A stretch of DNA of 63,984 nucleotides, filler included, from Phoronis australis (Eukaryota > Animalia > Phoronida): assembly GCA_002633005.1 (NCBI GenBank). It is 7 parts of 7 records of this genome, joined end to end, with 100 filler letters (N's around TTAATTAATTAA, not from the genome) between each part and the next. Parts side by side here need not be neighbours in the genome. Positions count along the whole stretch, not along the records: positions 1 to 21,745 come from NMRA01000491.1; positions 21,846 to 25,580 come from NMRA01001526.1; positions 25,681 to 27,803 come from NMRA01003843.1; 4 more parts are not named here. The stretch is one strand, 5' to 3'. The position numbers and the translations under genes are program-made. The notes below the pieces were generated by a model. It was not told the origin of the DNA and ran no database searches. It worked only from the letters and a program-made list of their open reading frames with translations. Positions 13,701 to 25,732 of this stretch are shown here, piece by piece (position 1 is the first letter of the stretch; each line of letters begins with the position of its first letter).

Positions 13701-16700
13701 GACGAAAACCCAACCGTTGAAAGTCAAGTTTTGTTCTTTTCCTTTACNGCAATAGACGTTTGAAGTGAGGAGGCGGAATCTCCGTAAAATTCTCGGTTTT
13801 TCGATGTAGGGCAAAGGCGTTTGCGGTTTTGCGCCGACTGACGGAAACCCAACCGTTGAAAGTCAATCTTTTTCTTTTCCTCTACTGAGGGTGGGCCAGA
13901 GGACCTAGGAACGGAGGAGCATGGACATTCATCGATTTGTTTTCCGGCAATAGACGTTTGAAAAGAGGAGGTGGAATCTCCGTAAAATTCTCGGTTTTTT
14001 GGCATAGGGTAAAGTTGTGCGGGATTTTGCAACGATTGACGAAAACCCAACAGTTGAAAGTCTAATTTTTTTCTCTTCCTTTACTGGGGGAGGGCCAGAG
14101 GACCTAGGAACGGAGGGGCATTGATTTTCAACGGTTAGTTTTCCCGCAATAGACGTTTGAAATGAGGAGGCGGAATCTCCGAAAAATTCTCGGTTTCTCG
14201 AGTTAGGGCAATGTCGTGCGCGGTTTTGCGCCGATTGAGGAAAACCAAACCGTTGAAAGTCAAGTTTTTTTTCTTTTCCATTACTGGAGGAGGGCCAGAG
14301 GACCTAGGAACGGAAAGGCAATGATTTTCAAATGTTAGTTTTCCTACAATAGACGTTTCAATTGAGGAGGCGGATTTTCCATAAAATTTTAGATTTTTCG
14401 AGGTAGGGCAAAGTCATGCGGGGTTTGCGCCCATTGACGAGAACCCAACCGTTGAAAGTCAATTTTTTTTCGTTTCCTTTACTGGAGGAGGGCCAGAAGA
14501 CCTAGGAACGGAGGGGCATCGATTTTCAACGGTTACATTTCCAGCAATAGACGTTTGAATTGAGGAGGCGGAAGCTCCGTAAAATTCTCGTTTTTTCAGG
14601 GTTGGGCAAAGTCGTGCAGGTTTTGCGCCGATTGACGAAAACCCAACCGTTGAAAGTCAATTCTTTTTCTTTTCCTCAACTGATGAAGGGCCAGAGAACC
14701 TATGAACGGAGGAGCATCGATTTTCAACGGTTAGTTTTTCAGCAATAGACGTTTGAACTGAGGAGGCGGAAACTCCGTAAAATTCTCGGTTTTTCGGGGT
14801 AGGGCAAAGTCGTGCGCGGTTTTGCGCCAATTGACGAAAACTCAACCGTTGAAAGTCAATTCTTTTTCATTTCCTCTATTGATGGAGGGCCAGAGTACCT
14901 AGGAACGGAGGGGCATCGATTTTCAACGGTTAGTTTTTCAGCAATAGACGTTTGAACTGAGGAGGCGGAATCTCCGTAAAATTCTCGGTTTTTCGAGGTA
15001 GGGCAAAGTCGTGCGCGGTTTTGCGCCAATTGACGAAAACTCAACCGTTGAAAGTCAATTCTTTTTCTTTTCCTCTACTGATGGAGGGCCAGAGTACCTA
15101 GGAACGGAGGGGCATCGATTTTCAACGGTTAGTTTTTCAGCAATAGACGTTTGAACTGAGGAGGCGGAATCTCCGTAAAATTCTCGGTTTTTCGAGGTAG
15201 GGCAAAGTCGTGCGCGGTTTTGCGCCAATTGACGAAAACTCAACCGTTGAAAGTCAATTCTTTTTCTTTTCCTCTACTGATGGAGGGCCAGAGTACCTAG
15301 GAACGGAGGGGCATCGATTTTCAACGGTTAGTTTTTCAGCAATAGACGTTTGAACTGAGGAGGCGGAATCTCCGTAAAATTCTCGGTTTTTCGAGGTAGG
15401 GCAAAGTCGTGCGCTGTCTTGCTCCAATTGACGAAAACTCAACCGTTGAAAGTCAATTCTTTTTCTTTTCCTCTATTGATGGAGGGCCAGAGTACCTAGG
15501 AACGGAGGGGCATCGATTTTCAACGGTTAGTTTTCCGGCAATAGACGTTTGAATTGAGGAGGCGGAATTTCCGTAAAATTCTCGGTTTTTCGAGGTAGGG
15601 CAAAGTCGTGCGCGGTTTTGCGCCAATTGACGAAGACTCAACCGTTGAAAGTCAATTCTTTTTCTATTCCTCTACTGATGGAGGGCCAGAGGACCTAGGA
15701 ACGGAGTGGCATCGATTTTCAACTGTTAGTTTTCCGGCAATAGACTTTTCAACTGAGGAGGCGAATTCTCCGTAAAATTCTAGGTTTTTCGGCGTAGGGC
15801 AAGGTAGTGCGCGGTTTTGCGCCGATTGACGAAAACTTAACAGTTGAAACTCAATTCTTTTTCTGTTCCTCTACTGAGGGAGGGCCAGAGGACTTAGGAA
15901 CGGAGGGGCATCGATTTTCAACGGTTAGTTTTCCGGCAATAGACGTTTCAAATGAGGATGCGGAATCTCCGTAAAATTCTCGGTTTTTCGGGGTAGGGCA
16001 AAATAGTGCGCGGTTTTACGCCAATTGACGAAGACTCAACCGTTGAAAATCAATTCTTATTCTTTTNCGTTGCAAGTCAATTCTTTTTCTTTTCCTCTAT
16101 TGATGGAGGGCCAGAGTACCTAGGAATGGAGGGGCATCGATTTTCAACGGTTAGTTTTTCAGCGATAGACGTTTGAACTGAGGAGGCGGAATCTCCGTAA
16201 AATTCTCGGTTTTTCGAGGTAGGTCAAAGTCGTGAGCGGTTTTGCGCCAATTGATGAAAACTCCACCGTTGAAAGTCAATTCTTTTTCTTTTCCTCTACT
16301 GATGGAGGGCCAGAGTACCTAGGAACGGAGGGGCATCGATTTTCAACGGTTAGTTTTTCAGTAATAGACGTTTGAACTGAGGAGGCGGAATCTACGTAAA
16401 ATTCTCGGTTTTTCGGGGTAGGGCAAAGTCGTGCGCGGTTTTGCGCCAATTGACGAAGACTCAACCATTGAAAGTCAATTCTTATTCTTTCCCTCTACTG
16501 ATGGAGGGCCAGAAGACCTAGGAACGGAGGGGCATCGATTTTCAACGGTTAGTTTTTCAGCAATAGACGTTTGAACTGAGGAGGCGGAATCTACGTAAAA
16601 CTCTCGGTTTTTCGGGGTAGGGCAAAGTCGTGCACAGTTTGGCGCCAATTGACGAAAACTCAACCGTTCCAAGTCAATTCTTTTCCTTTTCCTCTATTGA

Positions 16701-17082
16701 TGGAGGGCCAGAGTACCTAGGAACGGAGGGGCATCGATTTTCAACGGTTAATTTTTCAGCAATAGACGTTTGAACTGAGGAGGCGGAATCTACGTAAAAC
16801 TCTCGGTTTTTCGGGGTAGGGCAAAGTCGTGCGCAGTTTTGCGCCAATTGACGAAAACTCAACCGTTGAAAGTCAATTCTTTTCCTTTTCCTCTATTGAT
16901 GGTGGGCCAGAGTACCTAGGAACGGAGGGGCATCGATTTTCAACAGTTAGTTTTTCAGCAATAGACGTTTGAACTGAGGAGGCGGAATCTCCGTAAAATT
17001 CTCGGTTTTTCGAGGTAGGTTAAAGTCGTGCGCGGTTTTGCGCCAATTGACGAAAACTCAACCATTGAAAGTCAATTCTTTT
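7779..17082 (+). repeat. 199-bp satellite array; divergent subfamily at about 9400-14640 and a homogeneous block at about 14640-17082
   Basis: Same monomer; ORF spacing exactly 199 bp at 14657/14856/15055/15254/15453; the divergent part carries GAAAACCCAAC variants. Confidence 0.97.
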
Positions 17083-17156
17083 AACAGCTTATTATTTAAA
17101 ATGACTTATTCTTATTAAAATGACATAGGCAAAAAATTGAATTTCGGTCCTCAAAA

Positions 17157-17310
17157 GCGAGGCCCCCTATATTAATATAGGGGGCCTCGCTGAAAGGAGG
17201 CCGGAGAGCGGGGCCGCCTATATTAATATAGGCGGCCCCGCCGAAAGGTGGCCGGAGAGCGGGGCTTCCTATATTAATATAGGGGCCCCGCCGAAAGGCT
17301 GCCGGAGAGC
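17157..17310. repeat. Three tandem ~51-bp units, each with a GC-armed palindrome centred on TATATTAATATA
   Basis: 17157-17190 and 17208-17241 are perfect 34-bp palindromes; 17259-17291 is imperfect. Confidence 0.95.
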
Positions 17311-17380
17311 GAAAAATTTTGAAGTAATTGGGCATCACAAACAGCATGCTTCTTGTGACATCTATTTGTATCATAAAAAA

Positions 17381-17538
17381 TGGCCACCAGATGGCGCAAA
17401 ACATGTCAACTCCATCCGAAAACAGAAACATCGTTTCTTTAATAGAAAGTATTTACCAATTTCCATAAATATCTGTCAAGAAACTATAGAGAAACAAAGG
17501 AAGACCGGAAAAAATGGAATGGCCACTAGGGGGCACCT
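17381..17538 (+). promoter_or_regulatory. Two putative CTCF-binding motifs
   Basis: TGGCCACCAGATGGCGC (17381) and TGGCCACTAGGGGGCAC (17520) match the CCASYAGRKGGCRS consensus; binding is not shown. Confidence 0.55.
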
Positions 17539-17544
17539 GAAAGT

Positions 17545-18613
17545 TGAGGAATCTCTGTAAAATTCTTGGTTTTTCGAGTTAGGGCAAAGTCGTGCTGGGT
17601 TTTGCGCCGATTCACGGAAACCCAACCGTTGAAAGTAAAGTTTTGTTCTTTTCCGTTTTGGGGGGAGGGCCAGAGGACCTAGGAATGGAGGGGCATCGAT
17701 GTTCAAAGGCTAGTTTACCTACAATAGACGTTTCAAGTGAGGAGGCGGAATCTCCGTAAAATTTTAGATTTTTCGAGGTAGGGCAAACTCGTGCGGGGTT
17801 TTGCGCCGATTGACGAAAACCCAACCGTTGAAAGTCATTTTTTTCTTTTCCTCTACTGAGGGAGGGCCAGAGAACCTCGGAACGGAGGGGCGTCGATTTT
17901 CAACTGTTAGTTTTCCGACAATAGACATGTGAATTGAGGAGGCGGAATCTCAGTAAAATTCTCGGTTTTTCAGGGTAGGGCAAAGTTGTGCGGGGTTTTG
18001 CAACGATTGAAGAAAAACCCAACAGTTAAATGTCAAGTTTTTTCTTTTCTTTTACGGAGGAAAGGCCAGAGGACCTAGGAACGAAGGGGCATCGATTTTC
18101 AACAGTTAGTTTTCCGGCAATAGACGTTTGAATAGAGGAGGCGGAAGCTCCGTAAAATTCTCGGTTTTTCAGGGTTGGCCAAAGTCGTTCGGGTTTTCTG
18201 CCGATTGACGAAACCCCAACCTTGGAAAGTCAATTTTTTTTCTCTTCCTTTACTGGGGGAGGGCTAGAAAACCTAGGAACGGAAGGTCGTCGATTTTCAA
18301 ATGCTAGTTTTCCGACAATAGACATGTGAATTGAGGAGGCGGAATCTCCGTAAAATTCTCGGGTTTTCTTGGTAGGGCAAAGTCGTGCGAGGTTTTGCGC
18401 CGATTGACGAAAACCTAACTGCAGAAAGTCAAGTTTTTTTCTTTTATTTTACTGGGGGAGGGCCAGAGCACCCAGGAACTGTAGGGCATCGATTTTCAAC
18501 GGTTAGTTTTCCGGCAACAGACGTTTGATGTGAGGAGGCGAAAGCTCCGTAAAATTCTCAGTTTTTCGGGGTTGGGCAAAGTCGTACGTGTTTCGCGCCG
18601 ATTGACGAAAACT
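17545..18613 (+). repeat. 199-bp satellite, divergent subfamily
   Basis: Monomers closely resemble those at about 12700-13750 (e.g. TCACGGAAACCCAACCGTTGAAAGTAAAG). Confidence 0.95.
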
Positions 18614-21600
18614 TGATTTTCAGCGGTTGGGTTTTAGTCAATCGGCGCAAAACCCCGCAGGCCTTTGCCCTAGCCCGAAAAACCGAGAATTTTACGGAGA
18701 TTCCGCCTCCCCAGTTCAAACGTCTATTGCCGGAAAAATAACACTTGCAAATCGATGCCCCTCCGTTCCTAGGTCCTCTGGCCCTTCCTCAGTAAACGAA
18801 AAGAAAAAAACTTGACTTTCAGCGGTTGGGTTTTCGTCAATCTGCGCAAAACCCCGCACGACTTTGCCCTACCTTGAAAAACGGAGAATTTGACGGAGAT
18901 TCCGCCTTCTCATGTCAAACGTCTATTGCCGGAAAACTAACTGTTGAAAATCGAAGACCCTCCTTTCCTAGGTCCTCTGGCCCTCCCTCAGTAAAGGAAA
19001 AGAAAAAAAACTTGAGGTTCAACTGTTGGGTTTTCGTCAATCGGCGCAAACCCGCACGACTTTGCCCTTCCCGAAAAACCAAGAATTTTACGGAGATTCC
19101 GTATCCTCACTACAAACGCCTATTGCCGGAAAACTAACCGTTGAAAATCGAAGCCCCTCCATTCCTAGGTCCTCTGGCCCTTCCTTCGTAAAGGAAAGGA
19201 AAGAAAAATTGCCTTTCAACTGTTGGGTTTTTGTCAATCGGCGCAATACCCCGCACCTTTTACCCTACCCCGAAAAACCGAGATTTTTCCGGAGATGCTG
19301 CCTCCTCATTTCAAAAGTCTATTGCCGGAAAACTGGCCATCCGTTCGTAGGTCCTCTGGCCCTCCCTCAGTAAAGTAAATGAAAAAACTTGACTTCCAAA
19401 GGTTGAGTTTTCGTAAATCGCCGCAAAACCCGCACGACTTTGCAATACACCGAAAAACCGAGAATTTTACGAAGATTCCGCCTCCTCACTCCAAACGTCT
19501 ATTGCCCTAAATTTAACCGTTGGATATCGATGCCCCTCCGTTCCTATGTCTTCTGGCTCTTCCTCAGTAAAGAAAAAGCAATAACCTTGTCTTTCAGCGG
19601 TTCGGTTTTTGTCAATCGGCACAAAACCCCACACGACTTTGCCCTACCCTGAAAAACCGAGAATTTTACGGAGATTCCGCATCCTCACTACAAACGCATA
19701 TTACCGGATAACTAACCGTTGAAAATCGAAGCCTCACCATTCCTAGGTCCTCTGGCCCTTTGTCAGTAAAGGAAAAGAAAAAATCTTGACTTTCAGCGGT
19801 TGCCTTTTCGTCAATTGACGCAAAAACCCGCACGACTTTGCCCTACCTCGAAAAACCGAAAATTTTACGGAGATTCCGCCTCCTCGTTTTAATCGTCTAT
19901 TGCCGGAAAACTAACCGTTGAAAATCGAAGCCCCTCCGATCCTAGGTCCTCTGGCCCTCCCTCAGTAAAGGAAAAGAAAAAAATTTGACTTTCAACGGTT
20001 GGGTTTTCGTCAATCGGCGCAAAACCCGTACGACTTTGCCCTACCCCGAAAAACAGAGAATTTTACGGAGATTCCGCCTCCTCAATTCAAAAGTCTATTG
20101 CCGGAAAACTGATTGTTGAAAATCGACGCCCCTTCGTTCCTAGGTCATATGGTCCTCCCTCAGTAAAGGAAATGAAAAACACTTGACTTTCAAAGTTGAG
20201 TTTTCGTCAATCGGCGAAAACCCCGCACGACTTTGCCCTACACGAAAAACCGAGAATTTTACGAAGATTTCGCCTCCTCAATTCAAACGTCTATTGCCGG
20301 AAAACTAAACGTTGAAAATCGATGCCCCTCCGTTGCTAGGTCCTCTGGCGCTTCCTCAGTAGAGAAAAGGAAAAATAATTGACTTTCAAGGGTTAAGTGT
20401 TCGCCAATCGGCGCAAAACTGCGCACGGCTTTGCCCTAACCCGAAAAATCGAGAATTTTACGGAGATTCCGCCTCCTCACTTCAAACGTCTATTGCCGGA
20501 AAACCAACAGTTAAAAATCGATGCCCTTCCGTTCCTAGGTCCTCTGTACCTCCCTCAATAAAGAAAAATAAAAAACTTGACTTTTAACCTTCAAGTTTTC
20601 GTCAATCGGCTCAAAACCACGCACGACTTTGCCTTACCCCGAAAATTAGAGAATTTTTACGGAGATTCCGCCTCCTCAACTCAAACGTCAATTGCCGGAA
20701 AACTAACCGTTGAAAATCGATGCCCCTACGTTCCTAGGTCCTCTGACCCTCAGTCAGTAGAGGAAAAGAAAAAGAATTGACTTTCAACGGTTGGGTTTTC
20801 GTCAATCGGTGCAAAAACCGCGCACGACTTTGCCCTACCTCGAAAAATGAAAACTTTTAGGAGATTCCGCCTCCTCAATTCAAAAGTCTTATGCCGGAAA
20901 ACTGATTGTTGAAAATCGATGCCCCTACGTTCCTAGGTCATCTGGTCCTCCCTCAGTAAAGGAAATGAAAAACACTTGACTTTCAAAGTTGAGTTTTCGT
21001 CAATCGGCGAAAAACCCGCACGTCTTTGCCCTACACGAAAAACCGAGAATTTTACAAAGATTCCGCCTCCTCAATTCAAACGTCTATTGCCGGAAAACTA
21101 AACGTTGAAAATCGATGCCCCTCCGTTGCTAGGTCCTCTGGCGCTCCCTCAGTAGAGAAAAGGAAAAATAATTGACTTTCAAGGGTTAAGTGTTCGTCAA
21201 TCGGCGCAAAACTGCGCACGGCTTTGCCCTACCCCGATTAACCGGGAATTTTACGGAGATTCCGCCTCCTCAATTCAAACGTCTATTGCCGGAAAACTAA
21301 CAGTTGCAAATCGATGCCCCTCGTTCCTAGGTCCTCTGCCCCTCCTTCAATAAAGGAAAAGAAAAAAAATTAACTTTCAACGGTTGGGTTTTCGTCAATC
21401 GGTGCAAAACCCGCACGACTTTGCCCTAACTCGAAAAATCGAGAATTTTACGGAGATTCCGCCTCCTCACTTCAAACGTCTATTGCAACAGTTAAAAATC
21501 GATGCCCTTCCGTTCTTAGGTCCTCTGTACCTCCCTCAATAAAGAAAAATAAAAAACTTGACTTTTAACCTTCAAGTTTTCGTCAATCGGCTCAAAACCA

Positions 21601-21745
21601 CGCACGACTTTGCCTTACCCCGAAAAATCGATAATTTTTACGGAGATTCCGCCTCCTCAACTCAAACGTCAATTGCCGGAAAACTAACCGTTGAAAATCG
21701 ATGCCCCTACGTTCCTAGGTCCTCTGACCCTCAGTCAGTAGAGGA
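18614..21745 (-). repeat. 199-bp satellite, inverted divergent block
   Basis: Reverse-complement monomers up to the contig end. Confidence 0.96.
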
Positions 21746-21845
21746 NNNNNNNNNNNNNNNNNNNNNNNNNNNNNNNNNNNNNNNNNNNNTTAATTAATTA
21801 ANNNNNNNNNNNNNNNNNNNNNNNNNNNNNNNNNNNNNNNNNNNN
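21746..21845. other. Artificial contig linker; identical linkers at 25581-25680, 27804-27903, 31651-31750, 34988-35087 and 62716-62815
   Basis: 44 N + TTAATTAATTAA (stops in all six frames) + 44 N, six times. Confidence 0.99.
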
Positions 21846-22534
21846 GATTACCAAATACTGTTTTATACATGTAATTGGACGAGCTTACTAGTAAATGTCC
21901 AGTATTACTAGATGGAGACCGGAGACTATGAAATTAGCATGAACTGAAACTGAACTGGATTGTTTATTAGTCTACTTAAACAAAATCCATCTTCCAAATT
22001 TCTAATACCGTCTAAAATCAAAAAGAGACTAAAACAATTAAATATAAAATCCAATCAGTGAAGTTGACATTATGATTACAAAAACACGACATAAACTTGT
22101 ACCTTCTTATAGCCTAAAACAAACAACTCATAGGTTTGTTATGTTCTGCTATGAATCATTCTAAGCTGGACACTGTCAGGCTCCAGAATTATGCAGTATG
22201 CATTTCTTTTGGGATTTTATCAAATCACCACTCAAGACAATTGTGGTCATAGGACTACACTCAAGACTGCATTTACTATTTAGACTATGGATCATTAAAA
22301 TCCAGCACCTGGGTATCACACAAGTGGGGACCTTTGGCAGGCAGACATAATCATGAGCAAGGCCTTGAGGCTCATGACTGCGAAAGCACAGTAACCATTG
22401 CTTGTTGGCCGCATGTTTAAGTGTTACAAATTTACCGGTACTTGTATTTTAGAGTTGGAGATTTTTGCCTCATGTTCACTAACTTGACCTGCTTATTGAG
22501 TGGCCAATAAATTCTCTGCTACTCTCTCACGGTT

Positions 22535-22718
22535 CGTAGAGGAACGTCGAGGCCCCCGTTTGCATAACTGCTTCGTTTCTTTTTCCCTGTCAAAACAGCT
22601 TATGGTACATCCAGTTTCTATGAACTGTCGACTGAGTCCAGAAATGTCCCTGGGCATGTGCCCGACCGTAATGCAGCCCCACTGCACTCGCACCCAGTCT
22701 TTGTCGTGCGAGTTGTAT
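22535..22718 (-). pseudogene. Frameshifted HIRAN-like domain remnant, probably transposon-borne
   Basis: NSHDKDWVRVQWGCITVGHMPRDISGLSRQFIETGCTISC, then after a frameshift TGKKKRSSYANGGLDVP; fits the N-x-x-D...VGH-x-PR...GGL-x-VP pattern. Confidence 0.6.
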
Positions 22719-24197
22719 AATGAAACCTCGGCCCGTAGCGGAGATCTCAATCCGCAGACTATCATAAAAAATAAATTGAACTTTTGACAAGCTGACGGCA
22801 CTGTTAACGGGCCGGAGTGAACATACGACAGAGAAACTTTATTACAATTTAGTAACAGCAGAACCAGGATTGTAAGGGCCTCGATTACCGGAACGAACCA
22901 GGATTGCAAGGGCCTAGGTTAGCGGAATGAACCGCGTTCATAATAAAGCGTAATTAGCATGGAAGAACGTAACACAGTGACACCTGTAGCAGCAACTTGA
23001 ACAGTCAGTGGTGTTTTGCGGTTAGAACTACGTGGGGCCTAGTCCAAGGTTAAATTGTGATCTGGCCTACTCCACGTTTGGGAATAGCAACTCCAAACTT
23101 TTGTTGATTGAATATACACCAGTCGCATAAAGCAACAGTTCTAAAATGTTCAAATTAATTCCTAGATACGTAACCGAACTTACCACGAAGACCTAAATTT
23201 ACTATCTCGTTGACGGGAACGGTGTTTCGCTAAGATCTGTTTGAGCGACAGGTCGCACACGCTGCCCCAGAAACAAACCCATGTTACATATACTGCAGCT
23301 GCGTCGTCTGTTTGGTGTGCGAACAGTTTAACGTGCAGATGTTGAACACCAATGGATACAATTGCGAATAATCAGTCAAATAAATATATTTCCTGTTACA
23401 AAGTTTGATAAGTCGATTGTGTTCAGAGTCAGAACATAGCTGTTTACATTTTTGAGGACATTGTGTGAATTTGCACGGATGTTAAAACTGTCTGAAACTG
23501 CAAATCAAAATGTTGCTGGCATTCGTTCCCATAAATTCGAAGATTTCGGACACGGCCGATTTTCTGGTCTTCCTCACATTTTTCGAATTTCGGACAGCCA
23601 ATGTTGCCTAGTTCTAAAATTTAGGACAGGCTCAAAATATTTACAAATTTCCTAGTTGTTGAGTACATAAACAGCATAAGTGTCACGTCTTTTGTGAAAT
23701 TTTCACTGAACTGTTCCAGTGCATCCCAATAGGTCATTCGGCCAGGGCAACATTTAACAGATTTTTTCGACAGGATGTTTTCAAACATAGAGTTAAGTTG
23801 CAAAGTCTGGACTGCGAACAAAAATTGGAGGGCGTTTGCACTGAGAGTCTGAGAGTTACATTACAGTTTGGATATTTAACGACTTTGATATCAGTCTTAT
23901 AGCAGGTCAGACCTACCAGATACTTTTTCAATGAGTATTTTCTCCCTTTTCCCGTTGCTAACTTAACTAGTCGAATGCACGTGTCGGTTACTAGAGAGCA
24001 TCGATTCAACTTTCACGTCAGCAACTAACCTTGCGCACTACAGCACTTCAAAGGCAGTCATGAAGAACAGTAACGCCGTACCTGCATGTAAGAACTCAAC
24101 TTTGCGACTTGAAATTTGTGAGTATACAACGCTGCATAATCTAAACATTTTCTCGATCATCTAAAAAACAATTTTGGTGCATAAAAAGGGCGGAAAA

Positions 24198-24305
24198 TTT
24201 TGCGACCTGGCATTTATGAATGCGAGCTGGATTTTCAAAATGCGACCTGGGATTTTGGCTAGGTCTCGAAATGCAACCTGGCAATTGTGATAACGTCGAG
24301 CCCTG
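24198..24305. mobile_element. Probable right end of a hAT-like DNA transposon
   Basis: Four TGCGACCTGG-like subterminal repeats ending in GAGCCCTG (reverse complement CAGGGCTC); left end not identified. Confidence 0.4.
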
Positions 24306-24334
24306 ATTCAGTTGCCCAAATCAGCAAATGGCCA

Positions 24335-24796
24335 CAGGCCTTTATCCAGGATTTCGAAAACAGGGTTTCCAAAATGGGGTTCCCAATATTCCAGGGCGTC
24401 CATGATTCCGACGCGTAACCCCCCACCCCCAGCAATCCCCCCAAACACACAGATTTTTTTACAAAAAATGCATAGACCAAGGTTTTTACATCTAAGTTTA
24501 CAAAACAGCCTTCTGCAGTGAGCATTTTTACTAAAAAAAAACTGTGTAGACCAAGACTTTTACAATGCTATCAACCAAGTGTGAGCATAGCAACATTGTA
24601 TATATACTTTGTATTTCTTCCTGATTTGAAAAAAGAGCCACCACTGTGAGTCTTCATAGGCTTCCTAGTAATCATTTCAATGTGTGTGTCCAAACTTGAA
24701 AGGTTCCTATTGATAGTGGGTGTCCAAATGATACATTGGGCATCCTTGCCTGGGCGTCCATTTGGACGCCCAGGACATACGCTGCATAAAGGCCAT
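24335..24796. mobile_element. hAT-type MITE, copy 1
   Basis: Termini CAGGCCTTTATCCAG / CTGCATAAAGGCC(AT); flanks AATGGCCA / TATGGCCA (7 of 8 match); homologous to 25947-26491. Confidence 0.8.
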
Positions 24797-24969
24797 TATG
24801 GCCATTGATGCACTGCTCGCATCTTGGGGGATATGATGGTCGGTATATCCCCTAGGATGCGACCAGTGAAAAAATGGCCAGTTGACGATTTGGGCACAAC
24901 TGAACAAATGACCGCTCAAAAACCTTGATTGCAGGGGAATTTGATCATGCTTGGTAGGCTTTTAAATTG

Positions 24970-25105
24970 ACATCAACGGCCTCATAAGGACCTAAGGCGT
25001 CCCTCTATGTGTAAAAAGTACTTATAGCAACGTAATTTTGAGGGTTTGATCAGTGCGAGATAATTCACCGAAAACCTTCCGGTGTATGGAAGGCCGGGCC
25101 ACCGT
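24970..25105. mobile_element. Fragment related to the long TIR of the 29972-30707 element
   Basis: ACATCAACGGCCTC...CTAAGGCGTCCCTC...ATAATTCACCGAAAACCTTCCGGTGTATG aligns with about 30530-30645. Confidence 0.6.
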
Positions 25106-25732
25106 CTCTGCGCCCAGCTCTGAGGGTGGAACTATCTAACAGGCTACGTGAGTAGGTAAGCCACAGTGCTGACTGTTCAACACTTGTACCCAGTTTTGTG
25201 AGCGAAAAACAAAATGGTGGAAGCGGCTGAGATATTGAGGGAACAAGTATGAAGTTAGAATTAGCAGGAAGAGATAACCAGGAAGGGACAACTAGCTAAA
25301 CCGCCGTTTTTGGCCTCCTTCCCCGGTCTAATTTCAGGACTTAAGTTTCGTTTAAAAAGAAACAGATCATTTTATCAGAGAGAATAAAGCTTTTTCTATA
25401 GAAGGATATCAAAAAACTCACTTTTCAACCTTAAACAGTGGTGTAATTGTACATTGAAAATATCGACTTCAGCGCACGCAATCGCAATTTCCCACACGCA
25501 GTCACGGGTATTTAAGGTTTTCCGTCGATGTATAGATGGCGCAGTAGTCAAGTACTCCCTCATTTGCATATCAAATTTGCNNNNNNNNNNNNNNNNNNNN
25601 NNNNNNNNNNNNNNNNNNNNNNNNTTAATTAATTAANNNNNNNNNNNNNNNNNNNNNNNNNNNNNNNNNNNNNNNNNNNNTCCTCATGGAATCCAGATTT
25701 AATTGATCACCTGATCGTGTAACCATGAACAC

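Noticed and set aside
15156-15185. Hammerhead-like CTGAGGA + hairpin + GTAAAA in the satellite monomer
   Set aside because: GAAA occurs only in a minority of monomers, stem II is weak in register, and stems I/III could not be built
15181-15200. CENP-B box-like TCG...CGGG motif in the satellite
   Set aside because: Spacing is one base short and the conserved A is absent
17157-17310. CRISPR-like repeat/spacer pattern
   Set aside because: Spacers are conserved rather than unique, context is eukaryotic, no cas genes
246-21797. Dozens of similar 62-aa ORFs (MSFRQLAQNR...)
   Set aside because: Translations of the satellite monomer; mostly non-ATG starts, 199-bp period, frequent random stops
21790-21801. 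Recurrent TTAATTAATTAA palindrome
   Set aside because: Synthetic linker inside N runs; gene adjacency across it is also meaningless
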